Positions 9,142 through 18,536 of a stretch of 64,000 nucleotides of DNA are shown one piece after another. Under the pieces are notes generated by a model. It ran no database searches. It worked only from the letters and a program-made list of their open reading frames with translations, and was not told the DNA's origin. How positions within the stretch are numbered: the first letter of the stretch is position 1; every line of letters starts with the position of its first letter. The stretch is from a virus (lineage: Duplodnaviria > Caudoviricetes), in the IMG/VR virus record IMGVR_UViG_3300028888_000074, positions 1 through 64,000 of that record. One strand, given 5' to 3'. The translations under genes and the position numbers were made by a program.

Positions 9142-9510
9142 ATGGCAACAAACAAAATGAATCAAATTGTAAACAACACGAACCTTGAAATCTACAAGGC
9201 GAAAGCGAGAACCATTTTTGCGGAGGCGAAGAACGCATTGGTGAACGATGAAATCACCATGAGCGATTTGCTGAAATTGGACTTGGAATTTGACAAGGCG
9301 GTCATGGGTGTTGTTGAATGTGAGAAGAAAAAGGCGAAACTGAACAATGAGGAGGTTAAGAACAAGAGATTGCTTGACATTGCGAGAGACATCGTGTATG
9401 GCGAAGATGATGAGTGCGATGAGGAATGTGAAAACGAAGAAGATGATACCGATGACAATTCCCATGTGAATGAAGTCTTCGGGATGGTGTTCGGAGCATT
9501 TGGATTCTAA
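9142..9510 (+). CDS. hypothetical protein
   Basis: ORF with sigma54 motif and leader hairpin. Confidence 0.72.
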   Translation: MATNKMNQIVNNTNLEIYKAKARTIFAEAKNALVNDEITMSDLLKLDLEFDKAVMGVVECEKKKAKLNNEEVKNKRLLDIARDIVYGEDDECDEECENEEDDTDDNSHVNEVFGMVFGAFGF

Positions 9511-9664
9511 CGATTGGCAACATGGTGGCGGGGTTGTGTTTGCAATCTTGTCATCGTTTGTTTTATCACGAAACAATAATACGCAACTGCGTACATACAT
9601 TTTGGCATGATTATTGCATATAGGTGAATGACAAATTAAGTAATAACAATTAAAATTCACAATT

Positions 9665-10084
9665 ATGATTACATTTACTATACCATCATTTATTTCCTAC
9701 ACAATCTTCGTGATTGTATTGTCATTCTTAATGTTCATTTCGCTCCACTACATCATTGATGATATAAAAAGCAATAAGAAGTCAAAAAAGAAAATGGTCA
9801 AATCGCCTTTGAAGATTGGTGGAATATATGGAAGAAGACCATTGTATGGTAATGATAATGACCCATTTTCCCCTATTCGTGAGTATGATTATTATGTGGC
9901 AATCCTTGACATAAAACCATCAAGGGATGGAGATTGTGAATACTGCCAATATGTCTTTCTAAATGACAAAATGTCACCATATAGCACTTATTGTAACACT
10001 ACAATTTTGAGCGAAAAAACCAATTACTTTGATGGTTGGGAATATATAAAGGATATTGACTTGAACACCATAAAAATTTCATAA
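9665..10084 (+). CDS. hypothetical membrane-anchored protein
   Basis: N-terminal hydrophobic helix. Confidence 0.72.
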   Translation: MITFTIPSFISYTIFVIVLSFLMFISLHYIIDDIKSNKKSKKKMVKSPLKIGGIYGRRPLYGNDNDPFSPIREYDYYVAILDIKPSRDGDCEYCQYVFLNDKMSPYSTYCNTTILSEKTNYFDGWEYIKDIDLNTIKIS

Positions 10085-10189
10085 TCTTAATTTTAATTGT
10101 TGTCAGCGTGCCACTCCTAATAAGTTTGGCACGCTTTTTGCATATAGCATAATACAATTTAGTATTAACAAATTAAACAAATAGGCAAT

Positions 10190-10738
10190 ATGATAATTAT
10201 ACACATGGACACGCAGCAGGACACACATGTCCTTGATGTGCTTTACAAAGGATTTTCCGAATCGGACAACATCATCATGGTCAATCCGACAAGGGTTGAG
10301 GTTGAGGCAACTCTTAACAAATATCCCAATGAAAATGTCATGTTGATTGGTCATGGCGATTATTTTGGGTTATGGGCAAGTGATAACGACTTTTACAATC
10401 CAACGATGTATGTCATTGACGGGCATAATGTGGACTTGCTGAAAAATAGGGAAATCATTGGTATTTGGTGCTATGCGAGTTATTTTGCAAAAAAGCACAA
10501 ATTGAGAGGTTTTTTCACCTATATGTTTGTGTCAAACCCATCGGAGGCGAAAATGCTCAATTTCGGAGAATATTCCGAAAAATATTGTAATGAGCAGAAT
10601 GTGAAGTTCTGCAACCAAATCAACCAACTGATAACCGAGAATGTCAATATGGCAGATTGGACTGACAAACTGACACACGATGATGTCAATTTTGTCAATT
10701 ACAATTATAAGCATCTTGAATATTTGTACGGATATTAA
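10190..10738 (+). CDS. hypothetical protein
   Basis: ORF with sigma54 motif; LIGHG...IWCYA motif. Confidence 0.75.
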   Translation: MIIIHMDTQQDTHVLDVLYKGFSESDNIIMVNPTRVEVEATLNKYPNENVMLIGHGDYFGLWASDNDFYNPTMYVIDGHNVDLLKNREIIGIWCYASYFAKKHKLRGFFTYMFVSNPSEAKMLNFGEYSEKYCNEQNVKFCNQINQLITENVNMADWTDKLTHDDVNFVNYNYKHLEYLYGY

Positions 10739-10812
10739 AACAATCACTTTGGCACGATAATTGCACATAGTATAGTGACAATTTAGTAATAACAATTAAA
10801 ATTAGAAATTTT

Positions 10813-11178
10813 ATGAAAAAGAACGAAATCACAAAGCAAATCAGCAAGGTCATGGATATGCAGGCGGAGGTTGCCGCAAAAATGGTTTGTGACATCAAAG
10901 ACACTTTGAACAATGATTTTGATGGAAGCATTGATTGGGTGGACTACGAAACCGAAGACGATGAGGTTTGGACACCAACAATGAACTATGTTGACTATTG
11001 GTCATGTACTTGTGAGGAGGGTGTACACATGGAGCAAGTAATGTGCAATGAGGATGGTGAAGTCTATATCACATTGGAAAATGATGAAACCACAAACATC
11101 AATGATTTGAATTTTGAAGACCTCAACACATTATACATTGCAATTGCAAACCTTTGCGAATATCTTGGAAAAGAATAA
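10813..11178 (+). CDS. hypothetical protein
   Basis: ORF with sigma54 motif and leader. Confidence 0.75.
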   Translation: MKKNEITKQISKVMDMQAEVAAKMVCDIKDTLNNDFDGSIDWVDYETEDDEVWTPTMNYVDYWSCTCEEGVHMEQVMCNEDGEVYITLENDETTNINDLNFEDLNTLYIAIANLCEYLGKE

Positions 11179-11239
11179 AGTTTGGCATGGTTATTGTATA
11201 TAGTATGGTGTAGTATTAACAATTAAAATTTCAATTATT

Positions 11240-11938
11240 ATGGCAACAATTGACACAAAAGAAATCAACGAAAGAATAACAAAATATTATTCTCATACAA
11301 GGGAATTGCGTCAAGACATGGTTTCAGCAATCACCAATATGCTGAAAGATATGGGTGGCGAAATCTCGCTTACCGACAAACAATATGACGATACATTGTG
11401 TATTGCCTATGATGGCGGCAATCATGCGGAATACGCTTCCTCCATGTGTGAGGAGGTGGAATCAATCAAAACCTTGCAAGACGAAGATAATTTTTATGTT
11501 GAGGTTGCTGGCGAGGATTACATTGAAAGTCATAGATTGATTTTTGACGATGTGTGCGCTATTTGGGATGTTGTTTCATCAAGATACAACGATTTCAATG
11601 AGAATGTCGGTCAGTACAAAGAGGTTGTTGAAATCGCCAACAAGAATGAACTTAAAATACAAATGAATTTCAGTCTTAATGACGAATTGGATATTGTCAA
11701 ACAATTCGGTGAACCAATTGACCTTGAAACTTTGGAAAATCCCGCCTGCGTTGAGGTTAAAAGTTATTTGTATGTTGATGTCTTGGGTAATCAAACAATT
11801 GCCGAATTAAGAGGTAGTGACGAAAAGTTTTCCAAGTACCAAAACATTGTCGCTAATTTGATGAAAACCAAGAAACCGCAATATCTCATCGGTGCGAAAG
11901 ACGGAATTGTGCAAGGTCTATTGTGGTGCGAGTTCTGA
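11240..11938 (+). CDS. hypothetical protein
   Basis: ORF with sigma54 motif and leader. Confidence 0.78.
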   Translation: MATIDTKEINERITKYYSHTRELRQDMVSAITNMLKDMGGEISLTDKQYDDTLCIAYDGGNHAEYASSMCEEVESIKTLQDEDNFYVEVAGEDYIESHRLIFDDVCAIWDVVSSRYNDFNENVGQYKEVVEIANKNELKIQMNFSLNDELDIVKQFGEPIDLETLENPACVEVKSYLYVDVLGNQTIAELRGSDEKFSKYQNIVANLMKTKKPQYLIGAKDGIVQGLLWCEF

Positions 11939-12013
11939 TTTTTGGCACGATTATTGCATATAACACAATACAAACAATTAAAATTAATATTAACAAATTA
12001 AATTAAAATTATT

Positions 12014-12775
12014 ATGGGACAATATTATAAAGCGTGTTTCGTAAACACAAAAAAGGACAAAGTTGAAGAATATTTTGAATCTTGGGACACAAATAGTGGT
12101 TCTAAATTAATGGAACATTCGTATGTTGGCAATAAATTTGTGATGAATGTCACCTACAAAATGATTAATTCACCGAAGAGACTTGTTTGGGCGGGAGACT
12201 ATGGGGATGAAATTGTTGGAGAGGATAATTTCTATGACCTCACAAATAATGCGGAAAAATCAGAACCATTTGAAATTGATATGATGAAACATGTACTTGA
12301 TGCAAACACCATCTATATCAATCACGACAAAAAGGAATGGTTTGACCTCAAAAAGCAGACAATTCCCGCTATGAGAGGTTGGAGTGGAATTGTACACCCT
12401 CTCCCAATACTAACCGCTGACGGAAATGGTCGTGGAGGTGGAGACTATGGTGGTGCGAACATGGAACTTGTCGGCACTTGGAAAGGTGATTTAATTGAGA
12501 TTTCAGATACCATCCCCGACAATTATATTGAGATTGAGCCGTGGTTTACGGAAATGTCACAAAAAGAAATTGATGAATATTTCAAAGAGTTGGAAAACCC
12601 AAAAAAGAAATACACAATCAAAATCAATTATACAACATCGGAAGAATTTGTTGTAGAGGCACACACCGAAGAAGAAGCTTTAACACTTGTGGAGGATATG
12701 AATCCCGATGAAACACAAGTTTATGAGAACCTTACCCTTGACGGAAGTCCGCATGTGATTTTTTGTGAAGATTAA
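12014..12775 (+). CDS. phage hypothetical protein (MGQYY..KLMEHSY..WAGDY..HPLPILT.DGNGRGGGDY)
   Basis: ORF with sigma54 motif. Confidence 0.8.
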   Translation: MGQYYKACFVNTKKDKVEEYFESWDTNSGSKLMEHSYVGNKFVMNVTYKMINSPKRLVWAGDYGDEIVGEDNFYDLTNNAEKSEPFEIDMMKHVLDANTIYINHDKKEWFDLKKQTIPAMRGWSGIVHPLPILTADGNGRGGGDYGGANMELVGTWKGDLIEISDTIPDNYIEIEPWFTEMSQKEIDEYFKELENPKKKYTIKINYTTSEEFVVEAHTEEEALTLVEDMNPDETQVYENLTLDGSPHVIFCED

Positions 12776-12816
12776 TTTGTTGCTTTTTCATAGTTTGTAA
12801 GTTTTAATTAGTTATT

Positions 12817-12909
12817 TGTCATGGGTGTGTCATTTTGGCACACCTTTGTCATTTTTGTCATGTGACATTATGTACTGACAATTTGGCAAACATACATGAC
12901 ATTATGGCA
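12817..12909. promoter_or_regulatory. TGACA-N3-TGTCA cluster 4
   Basis: Boxes including 12876 and 12897 before the sigma54 motif at 12919. Confidence 0.6.
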
Positions 12910-12982
12910 TTTATAAGTTTGGCACGCTTTTTGCATATAGGGTAGTGACAATTTAGTATTAACAATTAAAATTAGAATTATT

Positions 12983-13579
12983 ATGATTAAGATTGAAATT
13001 CAAGCAGAAGATTATCATATTGCAGATGCAATGAGTGATTTGGTTATGAGAATTGAAAATGGAAACCTTTTGGATTCGGTGTATTTGGATAGAGCGGATA
13101 GTGTTACCATCCGTGATGACAATTATACTGCCACATTGTCAAAGGTAAAGCAAATTGAGAAACCTAAAATGTCAGCACACAAGTCGGAACTTATTGACGA
13201 AATCAAACTCTACGCAGGTCTTGAATATTCAATTGATGACTTGTGGAATGGTGAGGATTACGAAACCGAAGACGGAATGGTCAAGGAAGATGGTGTAGAA
13301 AGATTTACCAATGATTGGAAACACATCTTTGAAACCTATGAGGAAATTGATGAAGATGTTTTGGAAAACATCTTGGAGGCTGTCAAGAAACACCCTCTCG
13401 TCACCACAAAGAGAAATGTCCTTTTGGAAGACGATGAAACCGATTTTGGTGGCATATCGTTCATCGGTGAAACCCTGCTTGACTTCATGCTTTCAGTCCA
13501 CATGCCTTTCACCTCCACAAAGGAAGAAATTGACAAGGCATTGAAAGAATGTGGCATAAGACCACTTTTTGAAAAATAG
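12983..13579 (+). CDS. hypothetical protein
   Basis: ORF with sigma54 motif and leader. Confidence 0.78.
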   Translation: MIKIEIQAEDYHIADAMSDLVMRIENGNLLDSVYLDRADSVTIRDDNYTATLSKVKQIEKPKMSAHKSELIDEIKLYAGLEYSIDDLWNGEDYETEDGMVKEDGVERFTNDWKHIFETYEEIDEDVLENILEAVKKHPLVTTKRNVLLEDDETDFGGISFIGETLLDFMLSVHMPFTSTKEEIDKALKECGIRPLFEK

Positions 13580-13644
13580 TTTGGCATGGTATTTGCATAT
13601 AGCATAGTGACAAATCAGTATTAACAATTAAAATTAGAATTATT

Positions 13645-14028
13645 ATGACAATCAACATTCCCCAAAACACCTATCAATCTCCAACCACCATCAATCCCGA
13701 AATGGTAGAACTAATCTGCAAGGTATTCATTCGTGGTGATGAATATAAGGCTACATCATGCAATATTATTGCGGCAGATTATTGTATTGACACATATTCC
13801 GTTAAATATCCTCGTTTCTATAATGGATATAGAAGTGGGATTGGGGAAAAACACGAAGAGAGAAAATTCAACGGAGCGGAAATGAATGCGGCTTTTAATG
13901 CACTAATCCAAGCAGGTTATTATATGTTCAAAACCTACGATAAGGGTGTTGTATATAAGTGCAAAAGAGTGCCTTATGATAATGACGGATGGCAGAGAGT
14001 GTATTCATTTGACACTCAAATTGACTAA
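13645..14028 (+). CDS. hypothetical protein
   Basis: ORF with sigma54 motif and leader. Confidence 0.75.
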   Translation: MTINIPQNTYQSPTTINPEMVELICKVFIRGDEYKATSCNIIAADYCIDTYSVKYPRFYNGYRSGIGEKHEERKFNGAEMNAAFNALIQAGYYMFKTYDKGVVYKCKRVPYDNDGWQRVYSFDTQID

Positions 14029-14062
14029 TTTAAATAACAATTAAAATTAAAATCATTAAATC

Positions 14063-14278
14063 ATGGATAAGAGAAAGATTGAAACTGCCGATGGCATTGT
14101 ATTATGCAAGACCGCATTTGACACCGACACAAATACCGATTACATTGAGTTCTACCTTCACAATGGCGAGGAGGAAAGCGTGTTCCCTTATGACTATGTT
14201 GGTGAAAGCACAATGATGAAAGACTTTTCAGCATACACCGATAGTGAATTGGTTGGTCTCTATTATGAGAGTGTATAA
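14063..14278 (+). CDS. hypothetical protein
   Basis: ORF with leader. Confidence 0.68.
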   Translation: MDKRKIETADGIVLCKTAFDTDTNTDYIEFYLHNGEEESVFPYDYVGESTMMKDFSAYTDSELVGLYYESV

Positions 14279-14346
14279 AACTTTGGCACACTTTTTGCAT
14301 GTAGTATAGAGACAATTTAGTATTAACAATTAAAATTAAAAAGATT

Positions 14347-15153
14347 ATGGAAAAGAACATCAATGAAATCATTTTATTCGCAAACATTAAGGGTGAAAAT
14401 GGTCGTGAAGTCCGTGAGGCAAGAATCGTTGAACTCAACGAAAGACCTTGTTATTACTATTTCAATAAATCAACAAGCAAGTTAGATTATGTTCGTGGTT
14501 GTGGATTTTGTTTCACGCTTGAAATCGCAGGTATTGGCAAGGTATCGTCATACAAATTCTTAAATGACTACAAAGGTGGTTTATATAAGACATTAAACCT
14601 TGCATTACAAAACGATGAAGACTATACATTATTTAGGAACGGACATAATGAAAACATACTTAATATCGGTTGTATTGCCGATATATACTATGATGATTTG
14701 AATCTGACACATCCTTGCACTACATTGGAGTTTGAGTATGTGCGTGTGAATAGTTATGTCAATACTACTCATTTCCGTTTGAAACCAATCAGTTATTATT
14801 GGGATGGTACGAAGACCCAACGCTATGAAATTAAGTGGAAATTCCAATTTGACCTCATTGATAACAAGATTAAAATGTATGAGGGTGGTCGTAATTATGA
14901 AGACAAATTAGGTAAGTTGTATGCCACAAAGGAAATGTGTGAGAACGACAACAAACCGACCATTGTGCGATTTGACAACAAGCCAAAAGAAGTTGAAAAG
15001 ATTGTGACCTTTGAAATCACATTGGGGGTGAAAGTTGATTCTTCAAGTAATGAAGAGGATGCCATTTCCGCAGCAATGTATAAGATTAGAACCTGCGATG
15101 ATGAAGTCCTATTTGAATCTTGTGTCTCCTGCACAACCTATCCAAACAAATAA
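14347..15153 (+). CDS. hypothetical protein
   Basis: 268-aa ORF with sigma54 motif. Confidence 0.78.
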   Translation: MEKNINEIILFANIKGENGREVREARIVELNERPCYYYFNKSTSKLDYVRGCGFCFTLEIAGIGKVSSYKFLNDYKGGLYKTLNLALQNDEDYTLFRNGHNENILNIGCIADIYYDDLNLTHPCTTLEFEYVRVNSYVNTTHFRLKPISYYWDGTKTQRYEIKWKFQFDLIDNKIKMYEGGRNYEDKLGKLYATKEMCENDNKPTIVRFDNKPKEVEKIVTFEITLGVKVDSSSNEEDAISAAMYKIRTCDDEVLFESCVSCTTYPNK

Positions 15154-15246
15154 CCATAATACGCAACTGCGTACATACACTTTGGGTCAAGGTGCGCCGC
15201 CCGAATCAAAGTGCGCACCATAACAATTAATTAAAATTTGAATAAT

Positions 15247-15558
15247 ATGAACCAAGACAATATGCCCATCGCAACAAAATTGGCGGAGGTTTTACTTAAA
15301 AAACAAGATGGTGATTTCACACCGATTACCTTTGACTGCCTAATCCGTGTGAATGGAAACTACAATACCGAAAGTGTGACCATGTGCTATTGCACGGAAG
15401 AGGAGATGGAAACCCTTATGGCGAACCCATCGTTTGACGATACCATTTTCTTCTACATTGTGGTTGGCGAGAACCCTATCAGCAACCTTTTCAACGAGGA
15501 GGATTTTGAAATCGTTGATGTATATGAGAATAGTGTGCAGGATGTTCTTTGGATATAA
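15247..15558 (+). CDS. hypothetical protein
   Basis: First ATG after the leader. Confidence 0.7.
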   Translation: MNQDNMPIATKLAEVLLKKQDGDFTPITFDCLIRVNGNYNTESVTMCYCTEEEMETLMANPSFDDTIFFYIVVGENPISNLFNEEDFEIVDVYENSVQDVLWI

Positions 15559-15580
15559 CAACAACTAAAAACAATAGAGT

Positions 15581-15841
15581 ATGGACTATATCATTATCAA
15601 AGAAGACAAGACACCGCTTTGTTTTGATGACAATTCAATTGTTGTCTATGGGGACAAGCATGATGCACTTGAAGACCTTGCGGAAAACGACTTCGGTCTT
15701 GTTGAGATTGAATATGACGGGAATGCCGCAACATTGTATTTTGATGGCGAAATCGTTGGTTGGTTTGAGTATGACACAAATGACGAAGACGATTACCAAT
15801 CAAAATTGAAAGAATCCGTTTCAATGATGTTTTTGTCATAA
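15581..15841 (+). CDS. hypothetical acidic protein
   Basis: ORF in array. Confidence 0.68.
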   Translation: MDYIIIKEDKTPLCFDDNSIVVYGDKHDALEDLAENDFGLVEIEYDGNAATLYFDGEIVGWFEYDTNDEDDYQSKLKESVSMMFLS

Positions 15842-15945
15842 TATCAGTAAATAGTTTGTTTTAATTGTCGCTTGCGTGCCATGCCGATGAGGTTTGGCAC
15901 GCTTTTTGCATATACCAATATGCAAACCAATTAATAATTTAAATT

Positions 15946-16105
15946 ATGATTAGACCACCTTAATAGCATAGGACATAGTATCAGTAAGGCATGGGTTGTG
16001 CCGACAAGGGCTGAACATTGGATGAAAGTGTAGTAGGAGAGTGTACTCCGTTACACTTAAAATGGGTAGGAGAGTGTACTCCGTCACACCCTTTATTTTT
16101 TTTAT
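15946..16105 (+). ncRNA. Candidate structured RNA, copy 2, with micro-ORF MIRPP*
   Basis: Downstream of sigma54 motif 15894; homologous to 7169-7322. Confidence 0.55.
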
Positions 16106-16107
16106 AA

Positions 16108-16192
16108 GGACATGTTGCCAGTCCTGCCATGACACATTGTCACTATGACATAATGTCAGTGTGGCATGACAAATTGTCATAGGACATGACAA
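16108..16192. promoter_or_regulatory. TGACA-N3-TGTCA cluster 5
   Basis: Boxes at 16108, 16130, 16146 and 16167 before the sigma54 motif at 16200. Confidence 0.65.
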
Positions 16193-16254
16193 ATAAAGTT
16201 TGGCACGATAGTTGCATATAGTAGGGTGTAATAATGATAATTAAAATTTGAATT

Positions 16255-16431
16255 ATGGATTACAAAGAGAAAATGAAAGAGTTATTGTCCAATCTCATGG
16301 ATGATGGGTTTGAGGGCGCAATCCCAACCTTGATTGTTGAAGTGTTGGAGAGCATGGAGTTCAAGCACAATCATAATACCGACATGATTAGTGCGTTGAA
16401 AGACCAATGCGAAGTGGCATTGAACAATTAA
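16255..16431 (+). CDS. small hypothetical protein (58 aa, not in the ORF track)
   Basis: MDYKEKMKELL...EVALNN* after sigma54 motif and leader. Confidence 0.65.
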   Translation: MDYKEKMKELLSNLMDDGFEGAIPTLIVEVLESMEFKHNHNTDMISALKDQCEVALNN

Positions 16432-16444
16432 AATTTGAATTAAT

Positions 16445-16681
16445 ATGAAAAGACAAAGAGATTACAATTATTGGGTCATTGACAATTTCAATGAGCATTT
16501 CAAAACATTGAAAGATGCGAAATACCATTGCGACATTGCCTTTACACCAAAGGAGAGGAAAATGTACCTGCGAAGAGCGTTGATATACCATATTGTAGGG
16601 GATAGCGTTGTCTCCTATGTGGAAATCCGCATTGATGACAATGGCACATATTCATTTGGCAAAGTAATCAAAAACAAATAA
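16445..16681 (+). CDS. hypothetical protein
   Basis: ORF with leader. Confidence 0.7.
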   Translation: MKRQRDYNYWVIDNFNEHFKTLKDAKYHCDIAFTPKERKMYLRRALIYHIVGDSVVSYVEIRIDDNGTYSFGKVIKNK

Positions 16682-16688
16682 AACCAAT

Positions 16689-16919
16689 ATGAAACAAATT
16701 ATCAAACACCTTAACAAGCATGGTCTTTATTATGAAGTGTATAAAATCATGGATGAAATCCGAATTGAAATCATTTGGGGTGATTGGAAGCATGACCATG
16801 CACGAACCGATTATGTTATGAATCAAATCGGTTATAGAAAGACAAGCGAAATTGTAACGGAAGAAAATGGGGATGATTCGTACTCATCCATCCATTGCTA
16901 TAATAAAATCAATTATTAA
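16689..16919 (+). CDS. hypothetical protein
   Basis: ORF in array. Confidence 0.7.
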   Translation: MKQIIKHLNKHGLYYEVYKIMDEIRIEIIWGDWKHDHARTDYVMNQIGYRKTSEIVTEENGDDSYSSIHCYNKINY

Positions 16920-16940
16920 CCAATTCAAATTCAAATCACT

Positions 16941-17273
16941 ATGGATAAAGAGTTTATTGAAGAGTTTTTGGATTTCACCAAATCAAACAATGTGACCACG
17001 AAGAGCGATTTTCACAAGGTCACAATCCTTTCCGATGAGGTTGAAATCGCCACCATCAACGAAGATGGCACACTCACCATCAACATGACCAACCAAGTAG
17101 GAATTACAAAGGATTTTGTAGGAATCATACTTGATTACAACATCAAGTTCACACCAACCATTGACAAGGAATACAAATACTTGAATGGGATTAACCTTTC
17201 CAACGACAAGGGTTTGTGCCTCACAATCACAACCGACAACAAGATTGTCCTCCCCACAAATATCGGGGAGTGA
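16941..17273 (+). CDS. hypothetical protein
   Basis: ORF in array. Confidence 0.7.
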   Translation: MDKEFIEEFLDFTKSNNVTTKSDFHKVTILSDEVEIATINEDGTLTINMTNQVGITKDFVGIILDYNIKFTPTIDKEYKYLNGINLSNDKGLCLTITTDNKIVLPTNIGE

Positions 17274-17332
17274 CAATGTTTGGCACGATTTTTGCTGTAA
17301 TATTCACCAACAATTAAACACAAAAAAACAAC

Positions 17333-17674
17333 ATGAATAAGAAACAAATAAAGAAAACACTCTCCGAAATCTACAAAAAGGAGAATGAAATTCTGCAAGA
17401 GGGAACGAAACTAAAATCCCTCATTGAAAAAAACACATGCGAGATGCTTGAATATATGGGCGGCTCAATTGATGTTGAGGATGACGAAGAATTGCTCATT
17501 TCAAACGACAACTTTGTGGGAGAGGCAAGAACCATCAAAAACAACGATTCGGGTGGTTTCACCATCGTGTACGATTCGCTTCCGTCATTGCCGTCAAAAG
17601 CACTCACACATCGCGATATGTCATCGGTACACGGATATGTCCACCGAAAGTATATCCAATGCACCAAAGACTAA
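17333..17674 (+). CDS. hypothetical protein
   Basis: ORF with sigma54 motif. Confidence 0.7.
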   Translation: MNKKQIKKTLSEIYKKENEILQEGTKLKSLIEKNTCEMLEYMGGSIDVEDDEELLISNDNFVGEARTIKNNDSGGFTIVYDSLPSLPSKALTHRDMSSVHGYVHRKYIQCTKD

Positions 17675-17785
17675 TATTTGGATATTCCTTAATAAAAATA
17701 TATAATAATATTATTAATTAAAATTTAATATTATTAATATTTAATTAGAATTTTAATTTTATTATTAACTAATAAATAAGCATAC

Positions 17786-18052
17786 ATGAGTAATAGAGGA
17801 AAAACAATCTTGATTTCAATCTGCATCATTTTCATCGTCTGCACATTGGTGTATGGCATCATCGCAATCCCATCCCAATATGGTGACAACATTTGGTTCG
17901 GATTCATGGCTTTCGTGTCCCTGGTCTGCATCGTGTTCATCTCGGACAGCAGCAAGAAACACTTGTGGAAGGAAGACTTCCGAAAAGAAAGTGACAACGC
18001 GCTATTCGGCGCAAATCCAGACACGGAAGCGGAGGTTGAAAAAACCGAATAA
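17786..18052 (+). CDS. hypothetical membrane protein (2 TM)
   Basis: Two hydrophobic segments. Confidence 0.7.
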   Translation: MSNRGKTILISICIIFIVCTLVYGIIAIPSQYGDNIWFGFMAFVSLVCIVFISDSSKKHLWKEDFRKESDNALFGANPDTEAEVEKTE

Positions 18053-18167
18053 AAAAATTCCAATTTTATTTGCTTTTTCCATTTTTTTCTTGTATCATTA
18101 TATCACAATGATATTACAGTACGCAACTGCGTACATGAAAGAATAAAAGCATATATATAATATTGGA

Positions 18168-18536
18168 ATGACATTGAAAAGAATTGTAATTTTAATTTCA
18201 ATCATAATCTTTGGATTCAATGCACATGCGCAAACGACATACGGCAATACGGCACTTGTCAAGTCCGTACAAGACGGAATCGTCACTGGGGAAAAAACAA
18301 TGTATGTCAGTGTCACCATCAACGACACAAAGGACACCCTGCGATGGTCTGCTGGTGACTACTACGGAGGATACTTCCCAATCACAAGGGTTGAATGCCG
18401 CCCGTCAGACACGACATACCGATGCATTTACAAAGGTTACAGGGAGGATGCTACATTCAAGACCTATGAGGACTACTGCAAACTCCTAATCCGTAGCACA
18501 GAGGACGGATACATCAAGTTCCTCTTCGCACAATAG
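18168..18536 (+). CDS. hypothetical exported protein
   Basis: Signal peptide ending AHA-Q. Confidence 0.7.
   Translation: MTLKRIVILISIIIFGFNAHAQTTYGNTALVKSVQDGIVTGEKTMYVSVTINDTKDTLRWSAGDYYGGYFPITRVECRPSDTTYRCIYKGYREDATFKTYEDYCKLLIRSTEDGYIKFLFAQ

Noticed and set aside
578-17667. Numerous minus-strand ORFs in the early array
   Set aside because: They are shadows of + strand genes and lack leaders and promoters.
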